Assembly: GCF_000143415.4 (NCBI RefSeq)
Contig: NW_003314266.1
Coordinates: 2,184,486 to 2,248,485, forward strand
From: Selaginella moellendorffii
Taxonomy: Eukaryota > Plantae > Lycopodiophyta
Length of the DNA: 64,000 nt
Reading direction: 5' to 3'
Shown: positions 51,335 through 63,858 of the stretch, piece by piece
Position numbering within the stretch: position 1 is the stretch's first letter
How the letters are laid out: each line of letters starts with the position of its first letter
Notes under the pieces: generated by a model
Database searches by the model: none
Told to the model about the DNA's origin: nothing
What the model saw: only the letters and a program-made list of their open reading frames with translations
Program-made: the position numbers and the translations under genes

Positions 51335-52019
51335 ATGGAAGATAAAGTGGACCGGGAATGCAGTATGTGTGGCGATATTGGATTCTCGTCGGAGCTGTTC
51401 CAGTGCAAGGAATGCAACTTTAGATGGCAGCACAGGTATTCCTCCATTATTCTGCTTTGGTCATTCGATTCCAGTGACAAGATTTCTCGCAACTCACACC
51501 AAACTTGCCTTGTGTTTCCCGTCCAGCTACTGCAGCAGACTTTATCCCAACATGGAGAGTGGCAATTGGGGAGAGTGGCCAGTGTGCGACTGGTGCTTTG
51601 GAGCTCTCGGGACAAAAGCAACACTAAAACCAAAGCGGAGTGCCAGCATCAAGCTGAGAAGAAGCTCCAGCTCCAACTACGAAGAACAGGTGTACCAGGC
51701 ACAGAAAGGATCCAAGGAGGAGAACCACCATCGCTGGGATGCTCTCGATTATCTCCTGGAGGTGGCACACATGAGCTCCTTGTCTGATGGAGAAACGAGT
51801 ATGAAGAGGCAGGCGTGCAGCAGCAAGAGAACTTGTGCCAGGAAATTAAGCTCGGCCTCTTCTTCTCCCAGCAGCAGCTTCAAGCGCCCCCAACAAAAGT
51901 GGGGATTTTTGAGCGAAAGGATCAAACTTGACAGCTCCAAGTCATCTCCTTCCAGCTCCAAGCCAGGTTCTCCCAAGCCTATTTGTAATCGCAGATACAA
52001 GTTTCTATCAGATGTGTGA
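51335..52019 (+). CDS. Plant PHD-like zinc-binding protein (ECSMCGD...QHSYCS...CDWC family), 2 exons
   Basis: Exons 51335-51435 and 51527-52019. Motifs CSMCGDIGFSSELFQCKECNFRWQHSYCSRLYP and CDWC; C-terminal RRYKFLSDV. Confidence 0.88.
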
Positions 52020-53146
52020 CTAGCCTCTATCAGATCGAGGAGGGGACAAAGGAAAAACCACAAGATTTCGCGAAGGTGGTGTTTCTAGGATCAGAGATGA
52101 AAAGCTCGCATGAGCTTGTGGGTTCTTACATAAAGATAATACTATGAAGAGGCTAGCTCGGACTTTGATGCTAAAGATCTTTGTTGGTGTGTTGGGTCTA
52201 CTGGCTTACGTAAACATCTGCACAATCAATTCAATCAGGCTTGCCAGGAACATCAAGTCCATTGTTTCCAAAGGGCAAGTTTGACATGGTTTTAGCACAT
52301 AATGGGGGAAATTTTCTCCGCTGCTTTGTCTGGCACCTTGCTAAAAGGAAAATAAAAAATCTACATCTTTTTAGTATTATACGAGCAATATCTATATCTT
52401 ATAGTTCTTGCTTGCGTGAACCATTTGTGTTAAGCAACAGCTACATTGGATATAAAGTGTACGATATTTAAAAAAATAAATTTATGGGTGGGGTGGCGTA
52501 CAACACTGAAAGGAAATCCAAAGAGTGGATCATATCATTTAGTTGGCTGGCTTCGCAATACTTTGGTAATCGAAAGAAAATGTTTGGTCTCTGAAAGTTC
52601 TTTACATTTTATACTTTTATACTTTTCATTTTTCAATTATTAATATGCTCCTTGGATTCTCGACGAATGTGGACGAGAGACGGCTGATTTGCCAAAGCTG
52701 GAAAGCTTTCTTACATCAATGGTGTTTTTCTTTGTTCCTCTGTAATAGAGCAACTTGGGCATGGGGAATCTCCTGCAGATTCAAGGTGAGTCCACCACAA
52801 TCCAAAACTCATCCATTGTGCCAGTCAAGCTTCTTGCTGCGAAACGCGTTTGGCACTCGCTTCCCATCGAGATTGATCTCAAACCGGGCAAGAATGTGAG
52901 CGTTCGTCGCGGCTATGGACCTCTCGAGCTGGCAGTAATCTCGACTGAATCGAATGAAAAATCTAGAAAGCTATTGAGGATCTCGTGATAGAGCTAGAAG
53001 ATCTAAGAAAGAGCAAAAACATTGCAATCACCGGCAAGAAAAATCACCTCCGCTTAAAAATGGAGCGAAGAACCAAGTACAAATATATAATCTAGTCAAC
53101 GCTATTCTAGTCAAAGTATTTACCAAACTCTAGTCAAACGCTATGA

Positions 53147-54391
53147 ATGCTTTCCAGGAATCTTGGAAGGAGGAGTGGCGCCGTAGCGAGGGATTTGGCC
53201 GAGAGGCTGGGGCCCGAGAGCAGCAGGGACGAACTCGTGCTCGCTCTAAACCATTGCGCGTCCGCGGGGGATCTCGAGCAGGGCAGACAAATCCACGCCA
53301 AGATCACGCAGCGCCGGCTGCGATCCAGCTCCTTCCTCGCCAATCACTTGATCAAAATGTATGGCGACTGCGGCGACGCCACATCCGCGCTCGCCGTCTT
53401 CGCGCGCCTCAAGCGGAGGAACGTTTTCTCGTGGAATCTGGCGATCGCGGCGTGTGGCGGCGAGGATCTCTCCATGGGGCTTTACCGATCGATGCTCCTC
53501 GAGGGGCAATTGCCGGACAACATCACCTTCGTCAATCTTATAGCCGGGCGCAGTAGATCGCTGGAAGAGGGCAAAGTCATCCACGAGCACGCAGTTGAGA
53601 GTGGATCGATCGCGGACGTGGTAGTGGCTACCGCGATGGTGAGTCTCTATGGGCGATTGGATCAAATTGCTGAGGCAAAGAAAATCTTTGATGCAATGCC
53701 GGAGAAGAACCAAGTTTCCTGGACCGCGATGATCACAGCATATGCCCGGAACGGGTATCGCAGCGAAGCATCGATCGAGCTCTACTTCCAGATGACCAGG
53801 ATTCACGCGCTTGATCCCGATCGCGTGACTTTCATTGCGCTCCTCGAGTCTTGCACGTCGGGATCGCTGGTGCTGCGCGATGGAGCAGTGATCGAGCAAG
53901 AGATCATCGCTCGTGGCCTTGACGGCGAACCCTCCATAGCCGTCGCGCTCGTCACAATGTTTGCTCGATGCGGAGGCATTGATAGCGCGAGGATAGCCTT
54001 TGATCGAGCTTGCCATTGCAAGAACATTGGCTCCGCGGCGTGGACGGCTATGGTAGCCGCATATGCCCAGCACGGGCATCTGGAGCTAGCGGTGGAGATT
54101 CACCGTCTCATGGCGCTCGACGGCCAGGATTGCGATTCCGTCACCTTTGTCAATCTCCTATTTGCTTGCAGCCACGCCGGGAGGCTCCACGACGCTTGGA
54201 AGTGCTTTGCATCGATGAGTGGAGATTTCTGGGTGGAATCTGTGCTGGATCACTACGTTTGCGTGGTGGATCTCCTTGGGCGATTAGGGAAGCTGGAAGA
54301 GGCTGAGGATCTAGCGACCAACATGCCATTCGAGCCCGTGGAATCGGTGTGGATGAGCTTCTTATCCGCGATTCTATGTTCTCTTGAATAG
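53147..54391 (+). CDS. PLS-class pentatricopeptide repeat protein ending early in the E domain (no DYW)
   Basis: Motifs LANHLIKMYGDCG, RNVFSWN, IFDAMPEKNQVSWTAMITAYARNG, ACSHAG and HYVCVVDLLGRLG...MPFEP...W. Confidence 0.93.
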   Translation: MLSRNLGRRSGAVARDLAERLGPESSRDELVLALNHCASAGDLEQGRQIHAKITQRRLRSSSFLANHLIKMYGDCGDATSALAVFARLKRRNVFSWNLAIAACGGEDLSMGLYRSMLLEGQLPDNITFVNLIAGRSRSLEEGKVIHEHAVESGSIADVVVATAMVSLYGRLDQIAEAKKIFDAMPEKNQVSWTAMITAYARNGYRSEASIELYFQMTRIHALDPDRVTFIALLESCTSGSLVLRDGAVIEQEIIARGLDGEPSIAVALVTMFARCGGIDSARIAFDRACHCKNIGSAAWTAMVAAYAQHGHLELAVEIHRLMALDGQDCDSVTFVNLLFACSHAGRLHDAWKCFASMSGDFWVESVLDHYVCVVDLLGRLGKLEEAEDLATNMPFEPVESVWMSFLSAILCSLE

Positions 54392-54482
54392 CACATGCAT
54401 TTCTCAACCCTTTTATTCTATATTTTCTCAACCCTTTTATTCTATATTTTGCGATCCTATGAAAACTTAGGTCAAGCGAAGC

Positions 54483-55292
54483 ATGGTAAAGTCAAAGAGA
54501 AAGAATCCGACGAAGCAAAGCAAGCAGAGGAAGCAAAGCTATGGCAAAAACGACGTAGTAATGTGCCCATTCGACGCTGATCACGTAAGAAGATTCGAGT
54601 TAGATACCGAGTACGAGCCGAGAGGTTTGCCACCAGGTGTGTACCCATGCCCTAGGTGTGGATCTTACAAGACTCGCTTCGATCACTATAACAACCGAGA
54701 TGGCGGGAACTTCAAGTATGGAAACAAAAAATCGCCAATGTTCGCGTGTAAAAATGGCTGCGGCAAAAGGTTTAAGGTAACTAATCGCTACTGGGAGAAG
54801 TATGGGCCAGATGGGAAACCCACTCAAACGTCGGAAAATGGTGGTGAAGACCTGGTTGACACAAGTTTGCCACAAATTGGAATGGTGTTGGAAAATGGTG
54901 GCGACGACTTTAGTTTGCCACAAATCGGAATCGATGACACTGCTGTTTGCGTGAGCAACACCCAATTTAAACAAACTAGCATGGAGATCGACGCTGACAA
55001 TGGTGACAATGGTCGTTGCATGGAACGGACTGTAAGTTACGACGTGGAGGAGATTGATCAAGGAGCAAGCATGAAAGATGGCGAAGAGGGTTATACGTCT
55101 GTGAATGACAGTCCGATTGATTGGGATGTTGCTGGGTTTGTGAGGAAGATGCAAGAAACTTACGAGGAATACGTGAATTCTGGAGAGATCGATCCTTGCG
55201 AGGAGCTTCTCATGCCAAAGTCTTGTAATTCCCCCGAGGTGGTCCAGATCTTCACGGGGACCTCTGGCCATCGGGTGTTTTGTGCAATGTAA
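54483..55292 (+). CDS. Divergent Dof-like zinc finger protein, intronless
   Basis: CPRCGSYKTRFDHYNN...SPMFACKNGCGKRF resembles the Dof consensus CPRC.S..TKFCYYNN...QPR.FCK.C.RYW. Basic N-terminus and acidic C-terminus. Confidence 0.65.
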   Translation: MVKSKRKNPTKQSKQRKQSYGKNDVVMCPFDADHVRRFELDTEYEPRGLPPGVYPCPRCGSYKTRFDHYNNRDGGNFKYGNKKSPMFACKNGCGKRFKVTNRYWEKYGPDGKPTQTSENGGEDLVDTSLPQIGMVLENGGDDFSLPQIGIDDTAVCVSNTQFKQTSMEIDADNGDNGRCMERTVSYDVEEIDQGASMKDGEEGYTSVNDSPIDWDVAGFVRKMQETYEEYVNSGEIDPCEELLMPKSCNSPEVVQIFTGTSGHRVFCAM

Positions 55293-55349
55293 AGGAGTGT
55301 AAATTCTTGCGAAAATTAGCATTGAAGGCTACAGAAAAGAAGAGAACAC

Positions 55350-56172
55350 TCAAGGTCCAGAACTGCCAGCAGTTCTAAGCCCAATAGTCCGTAATCTATA
55401 TCTATACTGAGGAGCTTCTTCTTCATCCTCGTCACTCTGATCGTCATCGCCAATGTTGTTCCACTTGGAGTAGTCTATGGTGGAGTGTGCTTTGGGCTTT
55501 GAAACAGCTCCGCAGCCACTTTTCTTCTTCTCGGCCTCTTCAAGTTCCTTGTGTTGTTCATTTGGAAGAACAGTGGTCGGCGAGAAGGAATGCAAAGCTT
55601 CCGCCGCTGGCGACGATGGACACTCCTCCTCGCATTCTGGAATGGGAGCGAGCGTCTGTTCGTGAAAAATCATAAACTCGTCACAAGGAAACTGGATGAA
55701 AGGCTAAAGATCTCTCTCTTTTCCCCCTGTTTCTTGCGTACCATTTGTGTTCTTAAGCGGGCCTCCAGTTCCCTATACGCAGGAACTTTTGGATTGATCT
55801 CAAGAAGCCTGGTTACATCGAATAGTGCTGATTGGTACTCTTTCAAAGCAATTAGTGTTTGAGCTCGCAGCATCAAAACGCTTGTGTGGTTGCAGTCCAT
55901 TGCCAACACTGCTCCACATTCCTCAGCTGCCTGTATACCAAAAAGACATAGAAAAACTAGAAAAAAAGAGAAAAGAAAAGAAAAAAGAGGGAAACATTAG
56001 AACTTACCTCTCTGAATCGGTGGAGTTTCAAATAACATGCAGCTCTATTGCTATAGAGAGCAATCTTGTGAGCAAGCGATGTTGTTGATTCCAGCATAGC
56101 TGTGTAAAGCTCAAGGGCTTTTTCAAATTGTCCATCCCTATACCTTTGATGCACTGACTCAACTGTTTCCAT
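55350..56172 (-). CDS. TPR repeat protein, 3 exons
   Basis: ALELYT...IALYSNRAACYLKLH, LMLRAQTLIALKEYQSALFDV, and a C-terminal IDYSKWN...PQYRYRLRTIG. GT-AG introns join the three ORF pieces. Confidence 0.9.
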
Positions 56173-56379
56173 AGCTGTGGCAACAGTGGCGGCAGCTACC
56201 CGCCACAACTAATCGATCGATCGATCCCAAGAGGAAGATCCGCCAAAACCCTAGACAGGAACGCCAAACATCACTCCCAATTTGAATGCTTCACCTGGGC
56301 GGGATAAAATAATAATTCTATTATTATTACAAACAAACGAGGCCCTCTCACAGCCGTCGATCCTGGGCTCGTCCAGCCG

Positions 56380-59300
56380 TCAGATTCCGGCCTGGAATGA
56401 CCAGTTGACGAACATGAGAGCCAAGTGCTGCTCGTCCACTCTCCACACTAGTCCACGCTCGTAGCACACTCTTTTTCCCTTGCTCGTTTGAGCGATTCCC
56501 TCTGGAAGCTCGCCATTTTCCTGTAAGAACATCAAGTTTGATGATGGTTAGCTAGAAGCTTGATAGAACGGTAGAAGCTTACCTCCCGGAGTAGTTTTGC
56601 TAGCTCGCTGTCGAGACCATAGCCGATAGTCCTCTCCCAGGATACTGTTTGAAGCTCTTCGATTTTGGTTTCCAGCATTTGTAAGCCAGCTTGGTTGGCG
56701 ATCACAAATTCTGGTGTAGCCTGTGATTGATAGAATGGACAACCTTAGAGTGGAAACTTTTCCAAGGGAAAGAAGAACTTGCCTTTAGAGAGCAGCATAT
56801 AATCGCTGCGGCGTAGTGCCAGAAGAGCATCACGATAGCGTCCTTGTCAGTGAAGTTGCGAGGTATGATATCGACTCCATGACTGACACTGCATCAACAA
56901 ACTATATAGGTGTCTCTTCAGCTATGAGAAAAAGATAGAACTTATCGAGAAACAGCAAGGTACGATCATAGTACCTGTAGCTTTGTAGAATCTGATGGAT
57001 GAGCGAAGCTCCTTTGGATGACACGAAGGGAGCGTCAGCCGAGGAAGATCCGAGAGACGACGCAGCGAGCGAGAGAGTGATGCGTTGGACAAAGTCCATA
57101 ACGTTTCGGATGTAATTGCGGGCCATCTCTGCAACGGTGTCACGAGTTCCAACCTCGTACATGAACTGGAATGCGATGGTTAGGATGGAGCGGGCGAACT
57201 TGTGGTTCTTTCGCTTGCCGCTTCTCAACTCTTCGGAATCGGATTGACGCTTGACGATGTCGTCCTGCACACTTCTTTCGTGAAAACAAGAAATGAGTTA
57301 AATGAGCTTGGACTTACCATGTCATCGCAAAGAGGAAGGACACGGAATCCTGACGACAGAAGCGGCATATCATCGGAAAGATTGGCATCGACTGGAGCAA
57401 AGATGAGTTGCGAGCAACCATCGATGTCTTCGTCTTCAATTCCACTACATAACTTTGGATAGAGAAACATAACTGTGTGAGGAGTGGTAACAAACATACT
57501 GAAAAATACCTGTAGCAGATAAATTTCCCTGGAAAGTATTGTTCCATCTTCTGCGGAATAATGTCCTTCCAAAATCACTGCCTCCAAAAACTAAAAGAGT
57601 TTCCACTCAACTTGATAGTACTAAAGAATAGTGGGCAAGTAGCTTACATCTTCCTTTGCTGTGTGAAAAAGTGGAACGTGTGCTTGCCTTTTCCCATGAC
57701 TTCTGGATGCAGCATCCTGCTGGAAAAAATCCATATTGCATCCCCACTCTGACCGGTGGTCCCTTAAAAATCGTATGAGATACGAAGGATGAACATTCTG
57801 GGACCAGAAAAAGAAAAAGAAGAAAGAAAACAAAAACCAGCCAAATAGAAGTAAGAAGAAAGTAAGAAATCGCGAGTAAACGGTTATGCGTCAAATTTAC
57901 CTGAAGAAGCATGGATGCCTTGGCACACAATACTCCAGCCAGACTAGACAGCCTATCAGACTGAAACTTTGAAAGGCTAAAGTTTATCGTGGCATTGCAG
58001 CTGACAGCTACATTGTCCAAGCCATCGCCACCCATAGTGCACCATCCATCGTCTGGAAATCCATTTACAGCGTCATTGAAGCCTCTGTCTCAACAAGAAA
58101 AACAAAGAAGTCCCATAAAGAAAGAAAGAATGAAAAGAAACACAAAATGACAGACCTTGCCATGCGCCGGCTGAGAGATCTCAGCACGGAAGGCTGCTGA
58201 CCGCCACCGACAACAATTTCGCCAATTTCCTCTTGAGCAAGATGCTTTAAGAACCGCAGTGCCTACAGTATTGTGTATGGGATTTAGCACTTCGAAGTTA
58301 GAAAAAAAAAAACTTGATTACCTTGACAGTCATCCTCTGTGCAAGGAGAGACGAGGACCTATACAAAGGACGCGTAAGAACCTCAGAGACACTAGAAGGC
58401 TGCGAAAAAAAAAAGAAAAGAGAAAAAGACGAAACTTTACTTTTAGATAATGCGAGTCATTAGCCAGTACCTTTAGATCCAAGTGGTCAATAATGTGTAC
58501 AATGCAGCTCCCACCTTCGCAAGGACGAACCAGATAGCCACTCGTAAGCATCTCCGCGCGTACAAAGTACTGCGTGGATGGAACGTAGGATAGACATTCT
58601 GCATCACTTATGGAGCGCTCACAGACCTGTACAGCGGAAAGAATTTCTTTTTCTTTCTATACAAAGAGACAAAAAGGCTGTAGTAATTACCACAAGGTTT
58701 CCATCTTCCAAGGACGTGGTCAATCTCAAGGTGCAAAAATCACGAGGAGGAGCAAGCGTCGTAGGAGCATAAAGCTTCGCAAAGAAACAAAAGTAAAACC
58801 ACTCACAAAGTTAGACTTTGCTCTGTACCTGCGTGTGCATAATCTCCATTGTTGATCCATTCTCGGAAGAGCATATATGGATAACATCCGAGCGTCGGCA
58901 GTCCCAGAGCCAAGAGGTCTTATCTTTTAAAACCTCCACAATCTAGATGCCAGAGAAAAAGTCGCGCCTTATTAAACAGAGAAAAGCAAAAGAAACACTC
59001 CACTCACTTACTCGAGTAGCCTCCAGTGCAACCAAACCCAGTGCTCTTGCTGCAATACCATCACATCCGTGTGAAATTGCTACGATGCCAAAAGAATCAG
59101 GACCAGGCTGCAAGATCCACATGAGGAACTAGAAAAAAACTAGAAAAGGTTAAAAAGATCAACCTTCATCCCGAGCAACTGGATCCAGTCAACAGCAGTA
59201 CCTGTGGCTTTCGCAAGAAAGTCAGCCAGCGACTGCTCTGCCAATGCCGATAATCTGGAAAAAAAACACCAGGAAAGCGACAATGAGCAACAAGCCAAAC

Positions 59301-59944
59301 GAGGAGATATCGTGTAAAGCTAAAGAAGTACTAAAACTAACCCGACAGGACCATGGTCGAGAGAAAGATGCTGTATGTTTGGAAGTTCGGAGGTTCCAGC
59401 AATCTCGGAACTCCCCGCAGCAAGAGCGCCTCCTACCTGTAAACTTGCAAGATCAACAAAGAACACAAGAACAATACTTGCAGCATACTTGCGATGCTTC
59501 CATCGGCGGCCTCTGGCTGCTGCAATCTCCATAGAGATGCTTCCTCAGCGTGTGCTTTTGCAGTGTAAGCTGCGTGGATTGCTTCGCAAGGTGGTCATTG
59601 TTCTCCACAAGGATCTTGTTCAAAGCAGTGAGCTTGGAGTTGAGACCGTGGAGGCGGCTGGTTTCCTTCCTTTGCTTCTCTCGACATCTGCACAGCATCA
59701 AAGAAGGAAACCAAGAAGAATAAAAACCAAGTGTACAAGAAGAACAGAAGAACTTTGATCTTCCTTACCGCCGGTTTTGGAACCAAACTTTGAGCTGCTT
59801 GGGGGCGATGTTTGCGAGAATGGGAGCTTCTTTCATGAGCTGCTGGCGGCGCAGAGAGCTGGGCTTGGGGCACTCATTGTAAACAAGCTCCAAGATCTCC
59901 AGCTGCTCGTTAGTGTACCGGGCGTACTTATTCTGCGGATCCAT
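56380..59944 (-). CDS. C3HDZ: Class III HD-Zip transcription factor (HD, leucine zipper, START, MEKHLA), many short introns
   Basis: KYARYTNEQLEILE...RRQQL...KQLKVWFQNRR|CREKQRKE; FLAKATGTAVDWIQLLGMK|PGPDS; MLTSGYLVRPCEGG; VLCAKASMLLQ; RSILTIAFQF; ANQAGLQMLET; ends LMFVNWSF. Confidence 0.96.
59098..59174 (-). promoter_or_regulatory. miR165/166 target site split by an intron
   Basis: The spliced mRNA reads UCGGGAUGAAG|CCUGGUCCUG across intron 59108-59163, the conserved site in class III HD-Zip genes. Confidence 0.88.
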
Positions 59945-60826
59945 ACAAACTTCTCTCGTCCCTAGAAGCCTACCTCAAGCGCCTACATTGGAGTGCTGCC
60001 ATCGCCAATCGATCAAAAGGCGAGAAAAAAAAAAAGCGGAGCACGCATCAAATCGCGTCGAAAATGTGAGCGAGCACTCCTCTCAAACCCTAATCATAAG
60101 AGGAGTTTTGAATTTGTGACCACAAGCATTTGTGCCAGTGGCGCGCTCTAGTGGGACGCGTGGCAGCTCGTTGTTGGAGAGTGGGTCCCTATCGGCGGCG
60201 CCGCCAGCGGCGGAGCTTGTCGGGCGGGCAGAGGCAAAAAGACTGCGGTGTCTTGCCCGCGGCGAACGGGAGGGCGCCACGTAGCGCACGCGGCTATTGG
60301 CTGCTGGGCCATCGCATTGGCATCAATCAAACTTGAGCTTTACAACTCAGAGGACGGGCGAACAGTAATAGCAATCACCAAATTCTTGGATTGGGAATTT
60401 GGAGTGATTGGATTTTATCTATTCGTTTCCTTCTTCCAAGTGATTACTTATTACCTTGAAAGCGAAGCCATGAATTATGGTTAATGATTTTGGCCGATCG
60501 ATCAAAAGAGAGACAAAGAAGAACAAGGTACAAAGATCAAGCGACCGGGCACGAAGAAAAAACCGCTGTTTCCGTTGTTTCTTGATGGTCAAAGTTATCA
60601 TTTCATGGTGGTCATGATCTCCATTTTTTTTGTTTCATGGAAAGAGAGAAAGTAAACTTCGATTCTTTGCACCAGCCGAGCAAAAAAACTCGCGGCCGAT
60701 CGAATCGGAGGATGATTTTAGCATGTACATCAAAGAACAAAACCAAAAAAAAAAGCCAAAACGAAGCTCGAAAGTCAAGAGAGAGTGAGAGCTTTCTCTT
60801 TTTTCGTTTCTTTTTTTTCTTCTCGT

Positions 60827-61539
60827 TTACCGGGTAGCCAGAAGCCAAAACGCGAAGAAGAACGATGGCGAGACCATGAGCCAAGTGAGGAACGTCATGG
60901 CAGCGGCAGTCTCGTACTTGGCGCACTGATTCCCGCAAGCTTTGAGGTCTCGATCGATGAGAACTGCGATTCCAGACGATGCACAGGCAGCAGCGAAAGT
61001 TAGAGTCGCAGTAATCTGGAAGGAAAAAAAAGAGAAAAGAACGATCAAAAACTCAAGAACAAGGAAAGATCTACGTGAACTTTTAAAAACTTTTCTTTAC
61101 CCAGTCGCCGACCACGCAAAGGCTGAGAAACACGGAGTTTCGCAGGCTGGTGCGCTTGAGCAGGACGGAGAGATCCACGAGAGCGAGCGTTAAACTCCAC
61201 ACGAACTGTAGAACCATGGAAGCGACGAGATAGCTGCTCAAAAGAAAAGACCAAACAACCGAAGATCAAAACACTCCATCCAGCCCAAACTTTGGGAAGA
61301 ACCAACTTGGAACTTTAGAGCGCTTACCAGAAGGCGGTGATGGTGGAGAAATCCTTGACGCGGATCATGACGCTGAAGGCGCAGGCGGCGAATCCAACTT
61401 GGCCGACGCGCAATGCGAGTCCTCCAACAGTGCCGGGCATGCCCTGGAGCTCCTTAATCCTCATCCGGTGCTGTGGAAGATTGGCACCCCCGCCAGGATA
61501 TATCCCAAACGGATGCACCGCGGTGTGGCTAGCATCCAT
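60827..61539 (-). CDS. CASPL5: CASP-like protein, group 5 (MARVEL/DUF588), 3 exons
   Basis: [41 protein letters not shown] and [15 protein letters not shown]...[15 protein letters not shown]. Confidence 0.93.
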
Positions 61540-61819
61540 CGCTCGGCCTGCGCGAACCAATCGCGCCGCGCCCCTGGCACTCGCTAGCTACCCGAGTGTG
61601 TGCCCAATACCTGGCGGGGAAGAGCGAATGGAATGCGCGCCGCCAGCGCCGGTGGAGCGATCTGTGCGTGGCGACACCCCTCACGACGAGTGCGATTCAC
61701 GGCTCGAGTCCAACGCACCACGCCCTGTCGTTTACGGGTTCGAATCCGGGCAGCTTTGGAATTTTAGTTGCCCTAGTATAAAACTAGAAATTTCCCTGGG
61801 CGGTTGACAGAGCTTACAC

Positions 61820-62720
61820 ATCAGCGCCTTTTCTCCATGCCGGATCTTTCCTCCTCTCTAGCACTCGTTGCCACCAAGGTCACAGTGTAATCCAAAGGCT
61901 GCACATCGCACTCAGGGTTTTCCTCCTGGGGGACCCCAGCAAAGTTTCCCCTTGAAATCCACACCTGGAAGAAGAAAATAAAACTCTTGCAAGAAAAGTC
62001 TAGTATACCTTGGCCTGTACATTCCTGAAGCTGAGCTTCTATTGGACAATGCATGGGCAGAGCTAGCTCAGAGACGCAACTGATTAAGCTGGAGCAACTC
62101 ATGAACCGAATCAGTCGATGAAGCGAATTCCCGTCACGAATTCCTGCCGCTTGTCCTTGCATTCCAGGCCCAGCTTAGCTATGAGCATCATTTGAGCCGC
62201 TGGAGACGCAATACCAGCTGCCACAACCCATGTCTATCCCGAAAATGAACTTATGATTGTTGGGCCAGCTTTAACAATGGGGATTTTCTGTCACGGCAAA
62301 AGAAGACTACTTCGAAAGCTTGAAAGTTTCAAGAGAACAACTGCTTGTACCAGTAACCCTTCGTTAAGAGACATGATGCAAAGTCCTTTAGATCGAATGG
62401 CCTCATCTTCGCACCTTGCTCTTTTAGAATACGCACCACCTGCGAAACAGGAGGAAGAGCTTTTTGCCAAACGCTTTGCTGAACATGTACCTCCAACTCT
62501 GCATCCTCACCACAAAATTTGCCATCTGGCTGCAAATAAGCCAATGTTGTGCCACTCCCGACGGCATCACAACCCCAGCCAGCCGATGATCTCGAGCTGG
62601 CTCTCGGGGAGATGGGTTGACGGGCCTCTCAGGCCAGGCCCAGCAGCGTGGCTCCAATCCGGACCCTTGACGCTGATGATCGTGTGAGTGCACGCAGTAG
62701 AACTCCCCCAAAACATTCAT
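61820..62720 (-). pseudogene. Probable pseudogene of a plant SAM-dependent methyltransferase
   Basis: MAY..DGKFCGEDAEL and FIFGIDMGCGSW (motif I-like) occur in broken frames with several stops. Confidence 0.4.
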
Positions 62721-63162
62721 AAACTCTTTCCCACAAACAAAATGAACCCACTAGATCATACTTACTTTTCTTATTAAATTTATACCAAAAACAGAAAACT
62801 AAAAGGTAAAAATAAAAAACTTATCATAGAAATTCAATGTGAACACATGCTCTGTATAAATTTTTCAACCCATGTTATAAGAATAAACTAAGTTGTTTGG
62901 ATTTATAATTAGATTTTAACCTAATTGAACATAGATTGAGTGAAACAATATTCTTAATATTCTTATTATATTATTTCTTCATTTTTGTTAACTATATAAA
63001 ATAATATTAATTTTTTATTTAAGACAGATAACTAATAATTTCTTAGAAGCTCATAAGTATTTTTATGTCAACAACTTTTCCGACTAGTTAAGCAAAACCC
63101 AAAACCCAAAACCCAAAACTCAAAATTCTGCTATAAATTGTTATTAAGTTCTTATTATATAC

Positions 63163-63164
<2 letters not shown>

Positions 63165-63220
<56 letters not shown>
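63165..63220. repeat. (TA)n microsatellite in a very AT-rich tract
   Basis: Read directly. Confidence 0.97.
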
Positions 63221-63223
<3 letters not shown>

Positions 63224-63858
63224 TATAAATTTCATTTAACATTATAAATATTTTATTAATTAAGTTCTGGCCCTTATGACCCCACTGACACTCCATCACC
63301 AAACAAATTTTTATGACCAAAAAACTAAAAAGTTTAAAAATTAAGCATCCTAATAAAAAAATTGAAATGTAATCTATTTATAAATCTGTCAAAACCATTT
63401 AAATATTGTAATATTTTAAATTTAAAACAACTCTAAATTTATTCAATAATACTGTCAATATAACATTTACAAAACATTTTTAAAAACAGTTACATTTAAA
63501 TTGCATAAATAATAAACACATTTAGTTATCATACAATTATATTGACATCACTTATCTATTAACTCTTCAAAATTTAACAATAAACATAAATATTAAACCT
63601 TGAAAAATATGTATTTGCAAATAAAACTTTAAATATTCCTAAACTATGTGAACTAAAAGGAATAAAAATCTATCTTCATATAATGTTTTTACATTAAAAT
63701 AAGTAATGAACTATCTAGTTGTAGTGATATTTTAGAAAAATCAGTCATGACATTATGCTGGTGATCAATGAAATTTGTAGAAATTTTTAGATTATGGGGT
63801 TTATGAATCCCAATATTAATTTGAATTATTTTTAATAATTTATAAGAATGAAATTATT

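Noticed and set aside
62750-63858. AT-rich tract with AAAACCC repeats as telomeric sequence or a MITE
   Set aside because: Only three imperfect units, and no TIR or TSD could be identified.
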